DNA of 64,000 nucleotides from Candidatus Omnitrophota bacterium (GTDB lineage Bacteria; Omnitrophota; Gorgyraeia; Aquiviventales; Aquiviventaceae): NCBI GenBank assembly GCA_023247275.1, contig JAHFGT010000002.1, positions 25,961 to 89,960 of the forward strand, read 5' to 3'. Shown piece by piece: positions 55,861 to 64,000 of this stretch (position 1 is its first letter; each line of letters starts with the position of its first letter). The notes under the pieces were generated by a model. It saw only the letters and a program-made list of their open reading frames with translations, ran no database searches and was not told where the DNA came from. The position numbers and the translations under genes were made by a program.

Positions 55861-55861
<1 letters not shown>
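55019..55861 (-). CDS. kdsA: 3-deoxy-8-phosphooctulonate synthase
   Basis: MTTTSPSQVAVHVGQVSIGPGHPLVLIAGP... begins at ATG 55861, which overlaps the pyrG stop by 1 nt. It is a KDO8PS barrel. Confidence 0.9.
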
Positions 55862-58321
<2,460 letters not shown>

Positions 58322-58327
58322 CCGGAC

Positions 58328-59407
58328 TCAGGAAGCTCTCGCACGTCGAGGACGTTGCGCCGGTACGACCGCGCGGCGTCCAGGTTCGAGCCGACGCGGT
58401 GGCAGTGGTTTCACGGCCGGCAGCGGTCGGCCTTCTAATCGGGCTTGCAGCTCTTGCAGGGTGGCGATCGCGACCCCAAGTTTTCCGACGACGATTCCGG
58501 CCGCGTAGTTGGCGATCCGGGCCGCCTGTTCCATCGAGGCTCCGCTGGCCAATGCCAAGGTGAACGTGGCAATGACGGTGTCGCCCGCCCCGGCCACATC
58601 GAACACCTCTTGCGCAACGGTGGGGATCTGCGTGCGCCGGCCGGTGTGCTCGAACAAACACATCCCATCCTCACCCAGGGTGATGAGCACGCCATCGCAC
58701 TTGAGTCGCTGTAGGATCTCTTCCCCAGCCCGCTGCACGTCACGGTCGCTGCGCAATTCACGGCCCACCGCCTCGCCAGCTTCAGCCCGGTTCGGCGTGA
58801 GGGCGGTCACGCGCCGATACAGATCGAAGTGCTCCTGCTTGGGATCAACCGTCACCAGCTTGCGTTTGGCGCGTGCAGCGGGAATAATCGTCGCCAACAG
58901 CTCCCGAGTCACGACCCCTTTGCCATAATCTTCAATGATCACCGCATCGACTTTATCGAGCCGTTTTCTCACCACGTCGATCAGCCGGCCCACCCGATCC
59001 GCCGGCAGCCGCTCCGGCTGCTCACGATCCACCCGGACCACTTGCTGGTGGTGCGCGATCACCCGGGTTTTCACCGTCGTCGGTCGGGCGGTGCGCAGGA
59101 TGCCGCTGGTATCCACACCGCGCTCGGTCAGCGCGTGCAGCAGCTCGGTTCCCCACCGGTCATCCCCCACCACCCCACCTGCGGACACCTGGCCGCCGAG
59201 TGCGGAAATATTATTTGCCACATTGGCCGCGCCGCCGGGCATCACCGACTCGGACTGCACCCAGACCACCGGCACCGGCGCCTCAGGGCTGATCCGGCTG
59301 ACCTTGCCCCAGATGAACTCATCGAGCATCAGATCGCCCACGACGAGGATCCGGGCTCGTCGGAACTGCGCGGGAAATCCGTTCAACAGCGCGGTGGCCG
59401 GCGACAT
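58328..59407 (-). CDS. hldA: D-glycero-beta-D-manno-heptose-7-phosphate kinase (RfaE domain I, PfkB family)
   Basis: 359 aa. ILVVGDLMLDEFIWGKVSRISPEAPVPV and DVAGAGDTV. It has a basic Pro/Arg-rich 40-aa C-terminal tail. Confidence 0.85.
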   Translation of the reverse strand: MSPATALLNGFPAQFRRARILVVGDLMLDEFIWGKVSRISPEAPVPVVWVQSESVMPGGAANVANNISALGGQVSAGGVVGDDRWGTELLHALTERGVDTSGILRTARPTTVKTRVIAHHQQVVRVDREQPERLPADRVGRLIDVVRKRLDKVDAVIIEDYGKGVVTRELLATIIPAARAKRKLVTVDPKQEHFDLYRRVTALTPNRAEAGEAVGRELRSDRDVQRAGEEILQRLKCDGVLITLGEDGMCLFEHTGRRTQIPTVAQEVFDVAGAGDTVIATFTLALASGASMEQAARIANYAAGIVVGKLGVAIATLQELQARLEGRPLPAVKPLPPRRLEPGRRAVVPAQRPRRARAS

Positions 59408-59408
59408 G

Positions 59409-60347
59409 TTACAACTGCTCTGTGATGGCCCGCACCAAGAGTGGGATCATCAATTCATGATGGCCGGTAATCTGGATGGCGCGCCCGCCCAGGAGAGTGG
59501 GCCGTTTGAGGACATTCTCTGTCGGACGGTAGTGTCGGATCATGTCAAAATCAAATGCGGTAAAATCTTTCACGGTACATCCTAAGTTGCGCGCCACCGA
59601 CACCGATTTCAGGAACACTTCTGGCAGCAGCACCGCAGACCCAAGGTTGCCGACCACCCCGCCGCCTAATCCAGATACCACCTTGACCAGCCGCCGGAAA
59701 TCGGCCAGCGACGTTTGTCCGATGGCTGCTCCGTCAGCCGTTGCCTGTTGATGGATGATGTCGGTGCCGATCGCAACATGGACCGTGACCGGAACGCCCA
59801 GCTCCTGACACGTTGCGAGCAGGCTGAGCCGACGAAACGGCAGCCGCTGGCGCACGATCATCGTCCCGACCGACCGGCCAAGGCCCCAGCCCTTTTTCGC
59901 CCCAGCCTGGATCGCCTGATTCAGCATCCGGTGCGTTTCCTCGGCCATTCCAAACGAGCCATCCGCCAATGCGGCCGCGACATCCTCAGAGGTCGAGCCC
60001 ATGAACGCGAGCTCAAAATCATGCACCACCCCAGCACCGTTGAGCGCCAGTGCGGTCACCACGCGCCGACGAACCATCTCGATCAGCAGCGGGCTTAAGC
60101 CCACCTTGATGACATGCGCGCCCAACATCCACAGGACGGTCCGACGATTCTGGTGGGCTGTAACGATGGCATCGACAACGGCCCGTAATTCCCGGACCGC
60201 CAACAAATCGGGCAACGAGTCGTAGAAGTGACGGAAGGAGCTCCCTTTGCGGCAAGGGCTCGCAAAGGCGCGGATGTTGACTTTGCTTTTGCGAGAGCCG
60301 ACCGGGTAGGTTTTGAGCTTGCTGAAATCCAATGACAGGCTCGGCAC
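59409..60347 (-). CDS. Conserved hypothetical protein, possibly deoxyhypusine-synthase-like fold
   Basis: 312 aa with a GTG start. LGAHVIKVGLSPLLIEMVRRRVVTALALNGAGVVHDFELAF loosely resembles the DHS core pattern. This assignment is from memory only. Confidence 0.35.
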   Translation of the reverse strand: MPSLSLDFSKLKTYPVGSRKSKVNIRAFASPCRKGSSFRHFYDSLPDLLAVRELRAVVDAIVTAHQNRRTVLWMLGAHVIKVGLSPLLIEMVRRRVVTALALNGAGVVHDFELAFMGSTSEDVAAALADGSFGMAEETHRMLNQAIQAGAKKGWGLGRSVGTMIVRQRLPFRRLSLLATCQELGVPVTVHVAIGTDIIHQQATADGAAIGQTSLADFRRLVKVVSGLGGGVVGNLGSAVLLPEVFLKSVSVARNLGCTVKDFTAFDFDMIRHYRPTENVLKRPTLLGGRAIQITGHHELMIPLLVRAITEQL

Positions 60348-60383
60348 GGTCAGATTATAGACGAGCGTCGGGAGAGTGTCAAA

Positions 60384-61010
60384 CTAACGGGCAGCCACCT
60401 TCACATGGTGCTCGCAGGTTTCCAGAAAGCTCTTGGTTCCCTCCAACAGCGTCATCCGCTCGATCAGCAGCAACAGCCCAAGAGGAACCGGCCGGGCCGG
60501 ATTCAATTGCGTGCTGAGTTCGATGGCGGTGCCGCCGCCAGGGATCGGGTCAAACCGACAGATCCCGCGATAGTCCGCGATCGATGGGTTGCGCAGCGCA
60601 AATCGCAGGGTGTCAGGCGAGTGGCGTTCCACATCGAAGATCAGGGTCAGCTGCTTCCACAACACCTTGACGTCGATTTCGATCCGCTGACGGCCTTCTC
60701 CCTGCTCGATGATTCGCACCTGCGTGACCCCAGGCGTGCCCTGTCCGATGTCCTGATAGTCGGTCGCCAAATCCCACACCGCCTGCTGCCCGAGCGGCGT
60801 CTGAAATCGCAGACCAACCAAGACACCCTGCTGACGAGTGACCCGATCTCGCCAGTGAACCGTATATCGGCCGACCTCGAGTTGACGCTGACGTTGCTTG
60901 GGCCAGGCATGTTCCAGCAACGTCGTATCGATCGTTTGAGCGCCAACGATCGACGCCACGCCGAGCAGCCCGGCGATCACAAGACCTCGCAGCCTGTGCA
61001 GTCGCGGCAT
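60384..61010 (-). CDS. Secreted SRPBCC (START/Bet v1-like) superfamily protein
   Basis: Signal peptide MPRLHRLRGLVIAGLLGVASIVGAQT. The C-terminal pattern FDVERHSPDTLRFAL...GICRFDPIPGGGTAIEL is typical of polyketide-cyclase/lipid-binding folds. Confidence 0.45.
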   Translation of the reverse strand: MPRLHRLRGLVIAGLLGVASIVGAQTIDTTLLEHAWPKQRQRQLEVGRYTVHWRDRVTRQQGVLVGLRFQTPLGQQAVWDLATDYQDIGQGTPGVTQVRIIEQGEGRQRIEIDVKVLWKQLTLIFDVERHSPDTLRFALRNPSIADYRGICRFDPIPGGGTAIELSTQLNPARPVPLGLLLLIERMTLLEGTKSFLETCEHHVKVAAR

Positions 61011-61208
61011 CCCTTATTGTAGACCACGACACCAGGCAGGGTCAAAGCAGTAGTCGGCGAATTCAGAGATCTCGGTCGACGGCCATAACCGGCATCTGGA
61101 TTCCGCCCAGCACCCGCTGCGCGTCCTCAATAAGCTGCGCAAACGGCCCACCTTATAGCATCCTCATCGCGGTCTGCAATGGCAGGCGAGCGGGGGAACG
61201 TGGATCCC

Positions 61209-64000
61209 CTACTGCTCATTGGCGGCTGACAGGCCGGCGCCGATGGACCGGTACACTCCGCCCCCATAGTTGCCACCAATCGCGGTGGAGAGCGCCGTGG
61301 ACCAGTGAAGATCATTCGTCAAGACCGTGTTGCTGGCGCCGGACATCAAGACGGTCGTATTCGCAGCGCTGTGGCAGACATCGTACGTCCCGTAGATCCA
61401 CCATCCCCCAGGAAACTGCTGCAGGCCTGCCCCGGCTATCCCAGCGGGCGCAGATGCGCCGACATGAATCGCCTGCGGTAGATACTTAAAGATCCCGGTT
61501 TGAATAGGTCCTTGCCCGATGATCGCCCCGTTGCTCAAGGTCTGCATGGTATAGTGTGCATTGCCAATTGGCGTATACCCCAATTGCGGGTACGTTCCAT
61601 ACGGCCAGATGCCACTGGGTTGCGCTGGAAGATCAGCCTCAACCGTCGGCCGGCTGGGCAACGGCGGTCCGTAGAGTGCAACCGCCAATGCGCTCTCCAG
61701 GGCGATGGACGCGCCGGCCTCAATCGTCACCGCAGCCGCGATATAGGCGGTCCGCGGGCTCATCCCTAGCACGTCGTCGAAGAACTGGTGCCCAACTCGC
61801 CGGGTCAACTGGCGCCCTTCGCCGGTCATCCGCAGCTCATGCGCTCCGATTCCCGCGGCCGCAATGATCGCGGCTCCGACAAAGTCACCAACCGCCACAT
61901 GTGGCAAGGCTGCCATCCCGGCCGAGACACTCGTCGGATTCACACCAATCTTTGTGGCGACCTCGTTGGTCGCCTGCTGCGCATCTGACCCTGTTCCAAG
62001 CGGCACAAACGTCCCGACCGCCCGCTCGGCGACTTCGCGAGGCGAAAACAGCGACTTGAGCCATTTGCGGAACGACCAATGGCCGGTTGGATCGACCCGA
62101 TTGGTCGGGTTGTTGCGCACATAGCTGTACCGGTTGAGACTTTGCGGATCCCCTGGGCCTGGCACAATCGAATCAGGTGAAATGAACCGGCCCAGTGTGG
62201 GGTCGTAGTACCGAGCGCCGTAAAAACACAGCCCGGTCGGATCCAGTTGTTGTCCGGTAAACTTGTGGGCTACGTTGGTGGTTCCGGTTCGGCTGAAGAT
62301 GGCACCGTACGGCTTGTACATCACCCGCTCCACCACCTGACCTGCCGCATCAGTCACCAGGCTGGTGGAGCCTAAATGGTCCGCATGGAAGAACCGCAAT
62401 CCGCTCGGCTCCTTCATCGCCACCCGCTGGTTGCCGACGATGAGATATTTCTTCGCGCCGCCGGGGGGCGGAATCTCATAGAACGAACCGACATACCGGG
62501 TGGTCCCTGCCGGTGTGGTCACGCTCACTCGGCCCCCATCCCCGTCATACCCAAAGCGCGTGCTGGTGCCAGCAGCATACGAGACCAGCCGGTTTTCCGC
62601 GTCATAGGCCAGGGCTGCGACCAGCGCCCCGGTCGCGTGGACCGTTTTCTTGATCAGGTTGCCATTGGAATCGTAGGCAAAGTCAATGCCACCCGACGTC
62701 GCGATGACCGCATGCGGCCGGATGATGGTCCCGTACGTCAGGGTCATCCCTTCCTTGGTCACGAGATTGCCGACCGGGTCATAGCCGTACCACTGTGCAC
62801 CGTACGGGCCATTCGCCGTCACCAACCGATCCAGTGAATCGTAGCCAAATAGCTGTCCATTGGCCGGCACCAGGGTATCGTCGATCCGAGCCACATTCCC
62901 GACCCGATCAAACCGATACGAGAGATCTTGTAGCTTTACCGCCGCGGTGCGGGTCACCAGCCGTGACAACTGCTGGGTCACCGGATCGTAGGTGTAGCTG
63001 GTTGTCACGCCATTGCCTAACGTGGCATTGGTGATCTGCCCGGCCGCGTTGTACGTATTGTCGATCACGATCCGCTGGACTGTTCCTGCGGTCGACTGGA
63101 GATTCAGCGTTTCAAGTCCTCCTTGATCGTTGTAGGCATAGAGCGCTTGCTCGCCGTCCGGATAGGTCAGCGCGGTCATGCGACCGAGCAGGTCGTACGC
63201 GCGTCGAATCGTATACGTGGTCCCGCCGATCGCTTTGCTTTCGGTGATCACGCGACCCAGCCGGTCATACGTAGACGTCGAGGTACTCATGGTGTTGGAG
63301 ATCTTGGTCAACCGTCCCTTGCTGTACGCCACCTGCGGGTCATCATAGGTGTACGTGACGGCCGGCGTTGCGACCGTGCTGCTCCCTACTGGAACGGTAT
63401 AGCGCTTTTGTATCAACCGATTCAGGGCATCATACGTAAAATCGGTCCGGACGCCACGCGCATCGGTCTGAGTCGCCAGATTGCCAGCCGGATCATACGT
63501 ATAGCTCCACAGGCCAAGATCCGGATCGGTGGCTGTCAGTTTCCGACCCAGGCTGTCATAGGTCAACGACGTAACATTGCCGTTGTGATCTTTGACCCAT
63601 ATCAGACGGTTGAGGAGATCATACGTATAGAGTGTCGTATAGATCTGCGTCCCGTTGACCTCTTCCACCTTGGCCAGCCGGCCGGATGAATCCTGTGTCC
63701 GGCGAATCCGATGGCCGTTGGCATCGGTCGTGGTGACTGACCAATCACTGTAGCTGGTTGAGACGACCGCCCCATCAGGCCGGCTAGCGGCCTTCACACG
63801 ACCGACCGCATCATACGTGTACGTGATGGGTGCAGGCAGATTGGCTATCGAGAACACCGCAACGTAGGAGCTGGAGACCGCATCAAGATAGGGCCGCCAC
63901 TGCTTGACCACGAGCCCACGACTGTCACGCTCGAGAGGTCCGCTCACCACCTGCTGGGTCGGATTTTCAGCCGGGCTGCGGGTCTGAATCACCCGCCCAA
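61209..64000 (-). CDS. Rhs/YD-repeat toxin, 5' end off the window; unrecognised C-terminal domain
   Basis: There are many YD repeats (YTYDxxGRL/NRL). The Rhs core end is DPTGLCFYGARYYDPTLGRFISPDS...NRYSYVRNNPTNRVDPTGH. A variable C-terminus of 289 aa follows. The reading frame is open to position 64000. Confidence 0.9.
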   Translation of the reverse strand, partial: GRVIQTRSPAENPTQQVVSGPLERDSRGLVVKQWRPYLDAVSSSYVAVFSIANLPAPITYTYDAVGRVKAASRPDGAVVSTSYSDWSVTTTDANGHRIRRTQDSSGRLAKVEEVNGTQIYTTLYTYDLLNRLIWVKDHNGNVTSLTYDSLGRKLTATDPDLGLWSYTYDPAGNLATQTDARGVRTDFTYDALNRLIQKRYTVPVGSSTVATPAVTYTYDDPQVAYSKGRLTKISNTMSTSTSTYDRLGRVITESKAIGGTTYTIRRAYDLLGRMTALTYPDGEQALYAYNDQGGLETLNLQSTAGTVQRIVIDNTYNAAGQITNATLGNGVTTSYTYDPVTQQLSRLVTRTAAVKLQDLSYRFDRVGNVARIDDTLVPANGQLFGYDSLDRLVTANGPYGAQWYGYDPVGNLVTKEGMTLTYGTIIRPHAVIATSGGIDFAYDSNGNLIKKTVHATGALVAALAYDAENRLVSYAAGTSTRFGYDGDGGRVSVTTPAGTTRYVGSFYEIPPPGGAKKYLIVGNQRVAMKEPSGLRFFHADHLGSTSLVTDAAGQVVERVMYKPYGAIFSRTGTTNVAHKFTGQQLDPTGLCFYGARYYDPTLGRFISPDSIVPGPGDPQSLNRYSYVRNNPTNRVDPTGHWSFRKWLKSLFSPREVAERAVGTFVPLGTGSDAQQATNEVATKIGVNPTSVSAGMAALPHVAVGDFVGAAIIAAAGIGAHELRMTGEGRQLTRRVGHQFFDDVLGMSPRTAYIAAAVTIEAGASIALESALAVALYGPPLPSRPTVEADLPAQPSGIWPYGTYPQLGYTPIGNAHYTMQTLSNGAIIGQGPIQTGIFKYLPQAIHVGASAPAGIAGAGLQQFPGGWWIYGTYDVCHSAANTTVLMSGASNTVLTNDLHWSTALSTAIGGNYGGGVYRSIGAGLSAANEQ

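Noticed and set aside
61014-61152. A possible degraded PIN/VapC-like C-terminal fragment (…PVMAVDRDL / EFADYCFDPAW…) as a remnant immunity or toxin gene
   Set aside because: It needs a frameshift, has no start codon, and resembles PIN C-termini only over about 20 residues, from memory. That is insufficient support for calling a pseudogene.

Overview
This is a GC-rich (about 60%) chromosomal segment from a diderm bacterium, since LPS, Lpt and Kdo genes are present. I call about 65 genes. All but one (the rlmI-like gene at 1384-2574) lie on the minus strand, and many junctions overlap (ATGA/GTGA). The core content is housekeeping. It comprises panE (partial), an MBL hydrolase, tyrS, rpsA-plsC-cmk-tyrA, an aromatic amino-acid block (chorismate mutase, pheA, hisC, DAHP synthase), scpA/scpB, trpS, infB-nusA-rimP and proS. 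It continues with ispG-rseP-dxr-cdsA-uppS, purA, serA plus a class-V aminotransferase, clpP-tig and lptB next to an LpxL-LptC-LptA fusion ORF. It ends with a Kdo/heptose block (kdsC, kdsD, kdsA, pyrG, kdsB, hldA). Four accessory segments interrupt these conserved blocks. (i) A lipoprotein gene plus a four-gene overlapping cassette (XRE HTH, nucleotidyltransferase-fold, DUF5674-like, unknown helical protein) at 10135-11736. (ii) An AbrB-type antitoxin/Doc pair plus about 370 bp of unassigned DNA at 24010-24933. (iii) A roughly 13 kb type IV filament (T4P/T2SS-like) cluster at 40457-53228. It has a PilZ-receiver regulator, two tandem pilin genes, a GspL-like PilM-PilN fusion, a TPR/GT-C glycosyltransferase and an SGNH hydrolase, but no secretin, prepilin peptidase or PilT. 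(iv) The 3' part of an Rhs/YD-repeat toxin with an unrecognised 289-aa C-terminal domain at 61209-64000. I found no rRNA, tRNA, CRISPR array, transposase or integrase. The least conventional signal is a set of hairpin elements built from 7-8 bp tandem units, with several sequence families. Most copies are intergenic, but three are embedded in frame inside essential genes (proS, serA, kdsB), resembling Rickettsia palindromic elements and cyanobacterial STRR heptamers. All calls rest on manual reading of motifs. No database search was possible.
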